From NCBI GenBank assembly GCA_964401455.1, contig CAYNYI010000004.1, positions 1-57,978 of the forward strand: 57,978 bases of DNA, written 5' to 3'. Shown piece by piece: positions 1 through 9,448 of this stretch. Source of the DNA: an uncultured Fibrobacterota bacterium (GTDB lineage: Bacteria > Fibrobacterota > OXYB2-FULL-49-7 > CAYNYI01). A model generated the notes under the pieces. That model did no database searches, had not been told where the DNA came from, and saw only the letters and a list, made by a program, of their open reading frames with translations. The stretch's first letter is position 1. Each line of letters begins with the position of its first letter. The position numbers were made by a program, and so were the translations under genes.

Positions 1-22
1 GTAACACAATTAATTTAAATAA

Positions 23-202
23 TTACTTTGTCCAATTCCATCTGAAGCAAAACAGAACATTAAATTCACAAAGATCTCTAAGAGCTTGTTCAACAGTATC
101 AATTCTCAAATAGCAACTGTTTGTCTCCTTTGCTAAGAGCTTGGCAAGGGTCGATTTTCCAGATGCCTGTAAACCTGAAAATATGTACAATTTTGGTCTC
201 AT
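23..202 (-). pseudogene. Truncated AAA_33/nucleoside-kinase-like P-loop protein fragment (59 aa; not in the supplied ORF track)
   Basis: Manual translation from ATG 202: MRPKLYIFSGLQASGKSTLAKLLAKETNSCYLRIDTVEQALRDLCEFNVLFCFRWNWTK*. It has a Walker A (SGxxxSGKST) and the YLRIDTxEQAL motif of small P-loop kinases, but stops (TAA 25-23) far short of a full fold. Upstream SD-like GAAGG. Confidence 0.65.
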
Positions 203-397
203 AATTTGCCTTCAAAAATCTGGAAATACACACAATGTATCCAATAATCTGCTCCACATTTACCCCACAAGCTTCAGGTAGAGCCAGACAATCGCTTAAT
301 AAAAATAGAACAGAAATCAATAAACACGACACAAAATAACATGTAATCATATTATATTCTTCACAGAGACAAAAACTGAACCAGGGAGGAAACAATT

Positions 398-1663
398 TTG
401 CATCCTGCGGCAATATCGGCATTAATGTTCATATCCGGCGCGGCCGTATCAGCTGCCGCCGTATTTATTCTTCTAAAAAACAAACATAACAGAAAAGAAG
501 AAGAACTATTAATAAAACTCCGGGAAGAAGAACAAAAAAGAATAACCGCCGAAACCCGCCTTGAGGAAAAGACAAAAGCCTCCGAAGAAGCGACAAAATC
601 ACTCAAAGAAACCTTCGACTCCCTTGCCGCAAAAGCGCTGTCCGAAAACGGAAAATCCTTCATGAACCTCGCCAGAGAAACATTCGACAATTACCTCAAC
701 CAGTCAAAGGGCGACCTCGGAAAAAGACAGGAAGCAATCGAGCACATGCTCAAGCCCTTCAAGGAAAATCTCCAGAGACATGAAAAACTCACAAAAGACC
801 TCGAAAACGCAACAAAAGAATCTTTTGGCGGACTCAGAAACTATCTCGACAAACTAAGCCTCTCACAGCAGAACCTCTCAAAAGAAACAAACGCCCTCGT
901 AACAGCTTTAAAGTCTCCCAAAGCCCGGGGCAAATGGGGCGAAATAGGCCTCAAAAGAATCGTCGAGTTCTCCGGCATGAGCGAATACTGCCACTTCAGC
1001 GAACAGACAAACATAACCACCGAAGACGGCCGACTGCGCCCTGATATGATAGTTTACCTGCCCGGAGAAAGAAGCATAGTCGTGGACTCGAAAGTACCGC
1101 TCGACGCTTATATGAGCGCAGTAGAGACAGAGAATGAGGCGGAAAAAGACGCCTTTATGCGAACTCATTCGCGCCACGTAAGAGACCACATGAAAAGACT
1201 CAGCTCAAAATCCTACTGGTCACAGGTTGAGGGCACGGTAGATTTTGTAATACTTTATATGGAAGTAGAATCGGCTTTCGGGGCGTCTCTCGCGTATGAC
1301 AAAAACCTGATACAGGACGGAATAAATAACAGGATAATTTTCGCCACGCCTACAACCCTTATAACACTGCTGCGCACAGTAGCCTTTACCTGGAACCAAC
1401 AGAAAGTAGCCGACAATGCCCGCGCGGTCTGGGACTCCGGCAGAGAACTCTTCGAGAGACTCGCCAAATTCACGGAACATTTTACCGAAGTCGGCAAGGG
1501 AATAGAAAAGGCCGTAAAATCTTATAACGGAGCGGTAGGAACATGGGAATCACGGATCGGGCCGGCTGCCCGCAAACTCGAAGACGTCGGAGGATATCAG
1601 CTGAAAAAAGAAAAAGAAGATCCCTCTAAAATAGACTCCGGAATAAGAGAAATATCATCATGA
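398..1663 (+). CDS. rmuC: DNA recombination protein RmuC
   Basis: N-terminal TM, coiled coil, RGKWGE, RPDMIVYLPG, VVDSKVPL and ATPTTLI motifs. TTG start with GGAGG SD. Confidence 0.93.
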   Translation: MHPAAISALMFISGAAVSAAAVFILLKNKHNRKEEELLIKLREEEQKRITAETRLEEKTKASEEATKSLKETFDSLAAKALSENGKSFMNLARETFDNYLNQSKGDLGKRQEAIEHMLKPFKENLQRHEKLTKDLENATKESFGGLRNYLDKLSLSQQNLSKETNALVTALKSPKARGKWGEIGLKRIVEFSGMSEYCHFSEQTNITTEDGRLRPDMIVYLPGERSIVVDSKVPLDAYMSAVETENEAEKDAFMRTHSRHVRDHMKRLSSKSYWSQVEGTVDFVILYMEVESAFGASLAYDKNLIQDGINNRIIFATPTTLITLLRTVAFTWNQQKVADNARAVWDSGRELFERLAKFTEHFTEVGKGIEKAVKSYNGAVGTWESRIGPAARKLEDVGGYQLKKEKEDPSKIDSGIREISS

Positions 1664-3775
1664 AAGATACTTCCCGTATTTTTTATCCTCGACCATGATA
1701 TGGTCCTTGAGCCATTTCTTCAGAAAATCAAAAAGCTCCAGGTTTACAAGGGAAGAATCTTCTTTATATTTTTCCCGCAGTTCCGACACAGTACCCGCAA
1801 GATCCGCGTGTATCTTCCTGTGTCTTTCAAGATCAGGATAATTCCTCTTAACCATCAGCTCCTCTTCCGACCTGAAATGCCCCGCGGTGTACTCCAGAAG
1901 TTCATTGAAGATAGAATTCATCTCGTCATGCCCCGCCTTTTTCCCGAAAGAAGAATAAAAGTTATTGATAATATCGATAAGACGGCGATGCTGTTTGTCA
2001 AATTTTTTAACACCCGTTGAGAAAGAGTCATTCCAGGTAATAAGGACATCCCCGGATTCCTGACCGGCCCCTCCAGTAAGCTTAAACCGGGAAACCGCTC
2101 CGGTGAGCTCCGCTCCCATCTTTTTTACCGCCTCGGCATTTTTCAGAAGATGTTCTCCCGCCGCTTTCACATCACTGGAACCGGAGCTTACTTCAGTGAT
2201 ATCGGCGGCGATAGAAGTCGAGGCCCTGCTCGCCTCAGAAACATTGATAGTTACATCCCGGTTACCTTCCGCCACTCTCGAAATATTTCTTGTAATCTCT
2301 TCAGAAGCAGCCGCCTGCTGCTCAACAGAAACAGCGATCGTATCAACTGCCAAATGGACATCCTTCATGACCTCGCTTATCCTGTTGATATTACCGACAG
2401 TTTCCGATGTGGCGCTGTTCATACCTTCTATTTTTGCAATTATATCTTCCGCGGCCTCGGAACTCTGCCGGGCAAGATCCTTTACTTCCGAGGCCACTAC
2501 GGAAAAGCCCTTTCCGGCTTCGCCGGCCGACGCCGCCTCTATAGAAGCGTTGAGCGCCAAAAGCTTTGTCTTTCCCGAAATTTTCATTATAACATCTATT
2601 ATCTTGCTTATCTCCCCTGCGGACTCGCCCAGCCGGTTGACACCCTTAAGCGAGACATCCACATTCTCCACCGCGTTCTCGGTGACAGACCTCGCCCTGT
2701 CCGCATTGGAGGCTATCTCCCTCGCCGTAGCGCTCATCTCCTCCACACCCGAAGCTACTGTACCAAGATTGGAATCGGAAGTCTCGGCCGATGACGCTAC
2801 CGTATCCATATTGGCGCTCATTTCCTCCGCCGCTGCAGCGACCGAAGAAGATTTTTCCGTCATTAGAGAAGAACTCGACTGCATTTTTTTCGCGACCTGA
2901 TCCAGCCTTCCGGATTCCGAATTCAATTCCCAGGATACATTCCGTATTTTCCCAAGCATATTTCTTAAATTTTCAGCCATACTATTCAGGGCGGAAGTAA
3001 GCCTTCCTGTTTCATCAGCTGAAACATTTACCAGTTTTCCGGATATGTCGCCATTGCCTATTCTCTCCGCGAATTCTATAGAACGGTTTATTGAGAGGGT
3101 AAAAGTTTTTATTACATAAAAAAGGACAAAGCTTATTAAAATAAAAACCGCGGCACCGACCGCCGATGAACGTCGGACAGACTGGGCGACTCTTTTCTTC
3201 GTTGGGGCAAGAGAAGCCGAAAAAGCGAACGCGCCGTGGATTTCGCCTTCCTTCCATCCTTCTTTTATTCCTCCGACAGGGTCTCTTGAGCCTGCCGGTG
3301 AACCGTGACAGTAAAGGCATTCGGAAGTAAGAACAATCGGACGAAAATAACGAAGACTGTCCCTGCCGATAATAACCTTTTCATTTACCCCGGTCCGTTT
3401 GAAAAATTTGAGCACTTCCGACTCCAGACTGTCCGGTTTATTCTCGGGATTACGCGGAGAAAATTTCGGTACACGAAAGTTGAAACCGCCCGCCGAAGAG
3501 GTTTTTTTCATAACATTAATCGCGCTTATAACGGGGACAGTATGCATAAGCGAAGCCGAGTCCAGGTCCTGAAAATCCTTCATAACCCCCGCTGAGACCT
3601 TGTCGGCAACGACCTCTCTAACGGCTTCCGCGTCTCTTACCGAAGTACGGCTCCTCGAGACAATCGCCCCGTATTCACCGTTTTTTATACTGCGGATATT
3701 CAGAAAAAGCAGAACACCGAAAATCAAAGCAAGACCGGAAACCGCAGGCAGATATATTTTCCATTTTAATTTCAT
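1658..3775 (-). CDS. Methyl-accepting chemotaxis protein with periplasmic c-type heme (DUF3365/Tll0287-like) sensor, HAMP and C-terminal bacteriohemerythrin
   Basis: Two TM helices flank a domain with PRNPENKPD and CLYCH (3319-3305). MCP core LLALNASIEAA..GKGFSVVA. The C-terminus has hemerythrin ligands H, HxxxE (HFRSEE), HxxxH (HRKIH) and HxxxxD (HIMVED). Confidence 0.9.
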   Translation of the reverse strand: MKLKWKIYLPAVSGLALIFGVLLFLNIRSIKNGEYGAIVSRSRTSVRDAEAVREVVADKVSAGVMKDFQDLDSASLMHTVPVISAINVMKKTSSAGGFNFRVPKFSPRNPENKPDSLESEVLKFFKRTGVNEKVIIGRDSLRYFRPIVLTSECLYCHGSPAGSRDPVGGIKEGWKEGEIHGAFAFSASLAPTKKRVAQSVRRSSAVGAAVFILISFVLFYVIKTFTLSINRSIEFAERIGNGDISGKLVNVSADETGRLTSALNSMAENLRNMLGKIRNVSWELNSESGRLDQVAKKMQSSSSLMTEKSSSVAAAAEEMSANMDTVASSAETSDSNLGTVASGVEEMSATAREIASNADRARSVTENAVENVDVSLKGVNRLGESAGEISKIIDVIMKISGKTKLLALNASIEAASAGEAGKGFSVVASEVKDLARQSSEAAEDIIAKIEGMNSATSETVGNINRISEVMKDVHLAVDTIAVSVEQQAAASEEITRNISRVAEGNRDVTINVSEASRASTSIAADITEVSSGSSDVKAAGEHLLKNAEAVKKMGAELTGAVSRFKLTGGAGQESGDVLITWNDSFSTGVKKFDKQHRRLIDIINNFYSSFGKKAGHDEMNSIFNELLEYTAGHFRSEEELMVKRNYPDLERHRKIHADLAGTVSELREKYKEDSSLVNLELFDFLKKWLKDHIMVEDKKYGKYLS

Positions 3776-3782
3776 ATGTACT

Positions 3783-3847
3783 AGTATATCAAAATTCCAT
3801 CAAATTAGTAATAAAAAATTGATAACTATTTCATAACTTTGTATAAT
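3783..3847. promoter_or_regulatory. Back-to-back sigma70-type promoters for the MCP (-) and the hybrid kinase (+)
   Basis: Plus strand: TTGATA (3819-3824)-17 nt-TATAAT (3842-3847). Minus strand: extended -10 TG-A-TATACT (3791-3783). Each -10 ends 7 nt before the ATG. Confidence 0.65.
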
Positions 3848-3854
3848 CAAATAT

Positions 3855-6107
3855 ATGGATATAAATCGCTGCAACAGTTTCAACGATCCCCAAAGAGCAT
3901 CAAGAGAACTTTCCGCCATATACGGAATCAATTCTCTATCCGAATCCGAATATTCCGAAGATGAACTCATCGAAGAAATCACCAGACTTTGTGAATCCGG
4001 TTTCTCTCCCGACCTGAATACCTCGGTCGCCGTTAAATTCCCGCATGCTCTTTTCTCCTCGGAGAATTTCCGGGAAGGGCCCCTTGCTTTGACGGCGGTG
4101 CTGAAAATCAGGAATGCTGATATCGGGAGAATATGCGCCTACAGAGATGAGGGAGCCCCTGATTTCAGCGATGATGAAGAAAGATATCTCAAAAATGTAG
4201 CCGAAATTTCCGCAAGAGTCCTGGAAAAAATTGATTATCATGAACGCCTTTCATTAAACGATTTTATTTTAAAAAACATTCCCGACTCCGTTTTCATAGC
4301 CGCCCGGGATTCATCCCTGGTTTACGTCAACACGGGTGCCTGCAGGGAGACCGGTTACTCGCTAGGTGAGCTGCTTAACATGAAATTTACGGACATTGAC
4401 GCCGCACATCCGGCCAATGAATGGAATACGCTCTGGGGAAGGACTATGAAAACGCGTTCTCTCTCAATTGAAAGCTATCACCGGAACAACGCCGGATCTA
4501 TATTTCCGGTAGATTTGATATTAAAAGCGGTAAAACATGAAAACAAAGACTATATCTGCGCTATCGCAAGAAATACAGAGAACCGAAAATCTCTTGAGGA
4601 AGAGCAGAAGCTTCTCGCATTCGCTTTGTCAAATTCTCCCGATCCGGCCTATATCGTTAAAAGAGACGGCTCTTTCAGATATATCAACGAAGCATTCCGC
4701 AAGAAACTCGGATATTCTTTTAAAGACATATTCAGTCTGAAAATCTATGATATCAATATTCATGTCGGTAAAGACGAATGGCCAAAGTTTTTTGATAACC
4801 TCAAAAAGCGAAAGATATTCCGTCTTGAATCGGTGCATAAAACAAAATCCGGAAAAATCATTCCGGTAGAACTCAACTCAAAATATATGAAATACGAAGG
4901 AGAGGAATATTATACTTCTTTCGCCAAAGATCTCTCAGCAAAGCAGGAAATTGAGGAACAGCTTCGGCAATCCCATAAAATGCAGGCAATAGGCCAACTC
5001 GCCGGAGGAATCGCCCATGACTTTAACAATATCCTCGGAGGAATAATCGGCTATGCGGACCTTACGCTTCATTCTCTTCCTGAGCATAGTACGGCAGCCG
5101 CCAACCTTAAAAAAATATTGAAAGCTTCCGACCGCGCAAAAAAGCTCACAAACAGAATACTGACGTTTAGCAGAAGAAGTGTCGAAGAAAAAAGTCCGGT
5201 CTATATTGGCCCTATTATAAAAGAAGTTATTGAACTGATGCGGGCGACAATACCGGCTTCGGTAAATCTCTCGGCGAAAGTAGATCCGGAGACATCTCCT
5301 GTTTTCGCGGACTCCGGAAGTATTCATGAACTTATAATGAACCTCTGTACAAATGCATACCAGGCCTCCGGAGAAAACGGACTAATAAAAGTCCACCTAT
5401 CCGAAAACACTATCACAGAACCCCGCAATGCTATCCCGGAGAAACTGGAACCGGGAGTTTATACTGTTATCAGCGTCACTGACAACGGAGAAGGCATGGA
5501 CAAAAACTGCCTTTCCAGAATATTCGAGCCTTTCTATACTACGAAAAGCGAGAAAGGAGGCACCGGTCTCGGGCTTTCGGTCGTTTACGGAATAATTCAA
5601 AGCCACAGCGGCTGTCTTGAGGTGGAGTCTGAAAAAGGATCCGGGACAGTGTTTAAAATATACATTCCGCATTTAAGAAAGGGAATCTCTCCGGAAGAGA
5701 ATAATGAAAAGGACCTGACTGAACTGAAAGGCTCCGGCAATATAATTTTTGTGGATGATGAGGAAATGCTCTCGGAACTCGGATTCGAGATGCTCTCATC
5801 ACTGGGCTATAAAGTGCACACATTTCAAAACGGCACGGATGCCCTGAAATTCATAAAAAAAAGCACAGAAGAAATTGATCTTCTGGTAACAGACCATTCT
5901 ATGCCGGGCATGACAGGTCTTGAACTCGCGGGACAAGTCCGCCATACGGTTCCTTCTGTTCCTATTATAATGTGCACGGGTTTTAATTCAGGGATAAAAC
6001 CTTCGGATTTAAAAGAAAACGGTATAGTTTCTCTTCTGACTAAACCCGTTGACAGGAAAACTTTCGGAAATGAGATAAAAACAGCAATAAATAAAAACCA
6101 TGAATGA
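3855..6107 (+). CDS. Cytoplasmic hybrid sensor histidine kinase/response regulator (GAF-like, 2 PAS, HisKA, HATPase, REC)
   Basis: H-box [12 protein letters not shown]-box NLCTNA, G-boxes DNGEG and GTGLGL, receiver [18 protein letters not shown]. Two PAS repeats (YVNxxA). Confidence 0.92.
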   Translation: MDINRCNSFNDPQRASRELSAIYGINSLSESEYSEDELIEEITRLCESGFSPDLNTSVAVKFPHALFSSENFREGPLALTAVLKIRNADIGRICAYRDEGAPDFSDDEERYLKNVAEISARVLEKIDYHERLSLNDFILKNIPDSVFIAARDSSLVYVNTGACRETGYSLGELLNMKFTDIDAAHPANEWNTLWGRTMKTRSLSIESYHRNNAGSIFPVDLILKAVKHENKDYICAIARNTENRKSLEEEQKLLAFALSNSPDPAYIVKRDGSFRYINEAFRKKLGYSFKDIFSLKIYDINIHVGKDEWPKFFDNLKKRKIFRLESVHKTKSGKIIPVELNSKYMKYEGEEYYTSFAKDLSAKQEIEEQLRQSHKMQAIGQLAGGIAHDFNNILGGIIGYADLTLHSLPEHSTAAANLKKILKASDRAKKLTNRILTFSRRSVEEKSPVYIGPIIKEVIELMRATIPASVNLSAKVDPETSPVFADSGSIHELIMNLCTNAYQASGENGLIKVHLSENTITEPRNAIPEKLEPGVYTVISVTDNGEGMDKNCLSRIFEPFYTTKSEKGGTGLGLSVVYGIIQSHSGCLEVESEKGSGTVFKIYIPHLRKGISPEENNEKDLTELKGSGNIIFVDDEEMLSELGFEMLSSLGYKVHTFQNGTDALKFIKKSTEEIDLLVTDHSMPGMTGLELAGQVRHTVPSVPIIMCTGFNSGIKPSDLKENGIVSLLTKPVDRKTFGNEIKTAINKNHE

Positions 6108-6117
6108 AATTACGGCA

Positions 6118-6147
6118 TTGACATGCCTTTTAAAAAAAATATATCTT
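6118..6147 (+). promoter_or_regulatory. Putative promoter for the cheBR-kinase-PAS operon
   Basis: TTGACA (6118-6123)-18 nt-TATCTT (6142-6147), upstream of the GGGGGG SD and ATG 6200. Confidence 0.55.
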
Positions 6148-6199
6148 GAAAGTACGGTCCGATCGTCAGGAGGAACGCCTTATAATTCAAGGGGGGAAT

Positions 6200-9100
6200 A
6201 TGCCGAAACCTGATACTCCGGTTCTTTACGCGGGCATCGGAGCTTCGGCCGGAGGGCTTGAGGCTCTTGAGGCTTTTTTTTCCAATATGCCGCCGGAAAG
6301 CGGCTTCTCTTTCATTGTGGTACAACACCTTTCCCCTGATTACAAGAGCCTGATGGTTGAACTTCTCTCGAAAAAAACAAGAATGAATGTTTATCGGGCG
6401 GAGGAAGGCATGCGCGTAAAAGCGAACTGCGTCTATCTTATTCCGCCGAAAAAGAACCTCACTATCTTCCATGGTAAACTTCTTCTCACAGACCAGAAAA
6501 ACGACCACAGCCTTAACCTGCCTATCGACATATTTTTCAAATCTCTCGCCGACGACCAGTTTGAAAAAGCCGTAGGCATTATTCTTTCCGGCACCGGGAG
6601 CGACGGCACAAGAGGCATAAGAGCAATAAAAGAAAACGGCGGCATGGTCATTGTGCAGGACAGAGAAAGCTCTAAGTTCGACGGAATGCCAAGAGCCGCC
6701 GCATCAACGGGATTGTCAGACCTTATACTCTCTCCTCCGGAAATGCCAGAACATCTCATAGCTTTTTCCAAACATCCTTATGTACGCAAGGCCGATTCAC
6801 CCGATAAAAAAGAAAAAGAAGATGATGAACTTACAAAGATTTTCTCTCTGCTCAGAAAACGGGCCAAGATTGACTTCACTTTTTATAAACCCAGCACTAT
6901 CCTGCGAAGGATAGAAAGACGCATGGGAATAAATCAAATCCACGAAATTAAAGAATATGTTAATTATCTTGAAAATTACCCGGGAGAAGTTTCTGTACTT
7001 AGCCGGGAACTTCTTATTGGAGTAACAAACTTTTTCCGGGATCCGGGGTCTTTTAAAATACTTGAAAAAGAATATATACCCGAAATCCTGAATAAAAGCA
7101 TGAACCGTGAGATCAGGCTGTGGTCAGCCGGCTGTTCAACCGGCGAGGAAGCATATACTCTTGCAATAATACTTAAAGAATGTATGGAAACATACGGTAT
7201 ATCCCGCGATATAAAAATTTTCGCTACCGATATAGACAGAGAGGCTGTTTTAAAAGCCGGCTCCGGTATTTATCCAGAAAGTATAATGAACGACATCCCA
7301 CCCGAAATTTTGTCAAAATATTTTTATAAAACTGATGGGAGCTACAGAATCGCGAGAAACATCAGGGAGATGGTTGTTTTTGCGCATCACAATCTGCTTA
7401 AAGACCCGCCGTTTACAAATATAGACCTTGTAAGCTGCAGAAACCTGCTTATATATCTTCAGCCTGTAATGCAGAGAAAGGTTTTGGAACTCTTCAATTT
7501 TTCAATTAAAAACAAGGGACTTTTATTTTTAGGCTCAAGTGAGACAACCGGTGAGCTTTCTAATTATTTCGAGAATATCAATCAAAAACACAAAATCTAC
7601 AGATCAAGAGGAAAAACGGCAACCGGCCCGTCCGGAAGAAACATTGTTTACTCAGAACAACGAAGCGGGGATTTCCGTCCTAGATTTTCCGGAGCAAAAA
7701 TAATACAGAGAAAAAGCGGGGAAGAAAAAATACTGGAGTCTTTTATTAAAATAATCTCGGAGCAATACTTTTCTCTGGCTCTGCTTGTTAATGAAAATCT
7801 GGAAGTCATTCAGGTCTTCGGTGATACTGACGGTTACCTTAAACTGCCTTCCGGAAGACTCATAAACGATATATCCAAAATGGCGGTTAAGGAGCTCAGT
7901 ATACCGATCTCAACCGGACTTCAGAAATGTTTCCGCACTAATTCCGAGATAAAATACTCCAATATATTATTCAGCGACCGGGGAGTATCAGCGGGCATGA
8001 TAATAATTCCGCTCTCGCTGCCAAAGGGAATGGAGCCTCTGGCGGCGGTAATAATCGAGGAAAATAAAGAAAAGCATAATTCCGAAAACTCCCAGAGCAC
8101 CTTGGATAATTATGACATGAGCAGGGAAACCGAAGATCATATAAAAGACCTTGAACAGGAATTACAATTCTCCAGAGAGAATCTTCAGGCCACAATCGAA
8201 GAGCTGGAAACATCTAACGAGGAACTGCAGGCCACAAATGAAGAGCTTTTGGCAAGCAACGAAGAACTTCAGAGTACCAATGAGGAACTACAAAGCACAA
8301 ACGAAGAACTTCATACCGTTAATACGGAATATCAAAATAAAATAATAGAACTGACCGAGCTCCAGAACGATGTTGACAACATGCTGGCAAGTTCACAGAT
8401 TATAAAAATATTTCTGGATGAAAATCTTGAAATAAGAAAATTCTCCCCAAACGCAGACGAAATATTCAGAATACTTGATACCGATACAGGACGCCCCCTC
8501 TCACATCTGCATCACAACCTTAAAAATACGGACATTACAGGAATAATCAGAGAGGTACACGAAAAAGGGCAACTTAGAGAAACAGAAACAGTTACTGATG
8601 AAGGGAAATGGTTTCTTCTGCGGGCTCTTCCCTACTATATCGCCCCCGAAACTATTTCAGGGATTCTGATTACTCTTGTGGACATTACAAATATAAAAAA
8701 ATCTGCAAAAGAGCTCGATAAAAACAGGACTGAACTGAAAGAGATGGCCAGTCTTGCGGGAATTGGGAGCTGGACATATTACCCGGATACCGGAGAACAT
8801 ACATGGTCGGAAGAAACTTTCCGTATCCATGAACTCGACGATATGATCCAGCCCGACCCTGAAAAGGGCATAAATTTTTATATACCCCCGCACAGGCCGG
8901 TAATAACTGAAGCATTCGAGAAAGCCTCTAAAGAAGGGCTGCCTTATGACCTGCTACTCCAAATAATAACGGCAAAGAAAAATAAAAAATGGGTCCGGGC
9001 TATCGGCAATCCCATTAAAAAGAATGGGGAAATATTTAAAATTACGGGAGCTTTTCAGGATGTTACCGAAATCATAGATACCAACGAGGCACTCAGGCAG

Positions 9101-9448
9101 TATGAATTTCTCTTTGAAATGACCGGAATAATTTTTCCTGTTTTGTTTTGTGACTGGAATATGAAAACCGGAATCTTGAATCTGAATAATAAATGGGCCG
9201 ATATGCTGCGACTGAAAAGCACAGAGATCGAGTCCCGAGCTTTCACAGAGATGATTTCCGGAAAAGACAGAGACGTATTCAATAAAACACTAAAAAATCT
9301 CGAGCCCGGCAAATGCGAAAAGATCGGTTTTGAGGTTTCTTTGCCCGGCGGAGAAACAATTAATTTCAAAGGTCTGGCCGGAAAGCTCAATAAAAAGGAA
9401 AACGGCGCAACCATTCACACTTTTCTTACGGTGAAAACTGATGGCTGA
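6200..9448 (+). CDS. CheB methylesterase-CheR methyltransferase fusion with coiled coil and PAS domains (MAC1-like, no kinase domain)
   Basis: CheB triad motifs GASAGG, VQHL and GTGSDG. CheR WSAGCSTGEEAY and CRNLLIY. (NEELQST)n heptads and PAS domains. Start moved from 6146 to ATG 6200, which has an SD. Confidence 0.92.
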   Translation: MPKPDTPVLYAGIGASAGGLEALEAFFSNMPPESGFSFIVVQHLSPDYKSLMVELLSKKTRMNVYRAEEGMRVKANCVYLIPPKKNLTIFHGKLLLTDQKNDHSLNLPIDIFFKSLADDQFEKAVGIILSGTGSDGTRGIRAIKENGGMVIVQDRESSKFDGMPRAAASTGLSDLILSPPEMPEHLIAFSKHPYVRKADSPDKKEKEDDELTKIFSLLRKRAKIDFTFYKPSTILRRIERRMGINQIHEIKEYVNYLENYPGEVSVLSRELLIGVTNFFRDPGSFKILEKEYIPEILNKSMNREIRLWSAGCSTGEEAYTLAIILKECMETYGISRDIKIFATDIDREAVLKAGSGIYPESIMNDIPPEILSKYFYKTDGSYRIARNIREMVVFAHHNLLKDPPFTNIDLVSCRNLLIYLQPVMQRKVLELFNFSIKNKGLLFLGSSETTGELSNYFENINQKHKIYRSRGKTATGPSGRNIVYSEQRSGDFRPRFSGAKIIQRKSGEEKILESFIKIISEQYFSLALLVNENLEVIQVFGDTDGYLKLPSGRLINDISKMAVKELSIPISTGLQKCFRTNSEIKYSNILFSDRGVSAGMIIIPLSLPKGMEPLAAVIIEENKEKHNSENSQSTLDNYDMSRETEDHIKDLEQELQFSRENLQATIEELETSNEELQATNEELLASNEELQSTNEELQSTNEELHTVNTEYQNKIIELTELQNDVDNMLASSQIIKIFLDENLEIRKFSPNADEIFRILDTDTGRPLSHLHHNLKNTDITGIIREVHEKGQLRETETVTDEGKWFLLRALPYYIAPETISGILITLVDITNIKKSAKELDKNRTELKEMASLAGIGSWTYYPDTGEHTWSEETFRIHELDDMIQPDPEKGINFYIPPHRPVITEAFEKASKEGLPYDLLLQIITAKKNKKWVRAIGNPIKKNGEIFKITGAFQDVTEIIDTNEALRQYEFLFEMTGIIFPVLFCDWNMKTGILNLNNKWADMLRLKSTEIESRAFTEMISGKDRDVFNKTLKNLEPGKCEKIGFEVSLPGGETINFKGLAGKLNKKENGATIHTFLTVKTDG
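8216..8320 (+). repeat. Five imperfect in-frame 21-bp repeats encoding NEELxxx heptads (methyl-accepting coiled coil)
   Basis: NEELQAT-NEELLAS-NEELQST-NEELQST-NEELHTV. Confidence 0.8.

Noticed and set aside
99-422. 107-aa minus-strand ORF in the supplied track
   Set aside because: It has no recognisable motif and overlaps both rmuC and the better-supported kinase fragment in another frame.
1658-1663. Palindromic TCATGA shared by the convergent rmuC and MCP stop codons
   Set aside because: This is an ordinary compact convergent overlap with no evidence of extra function.
3788-3850. FNR/CRP box in the MCP-kinase divergent promoter
   Set aside because: TTGAT and ATCAA half-sites are present but never arranged as TTGAT-N4-ATCAA.
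8216-8320. 21-bp tandem repeat as VNTR or array
   Set aside because: It is explained by coiled-coil heptads and is degenerate at the DNA level.
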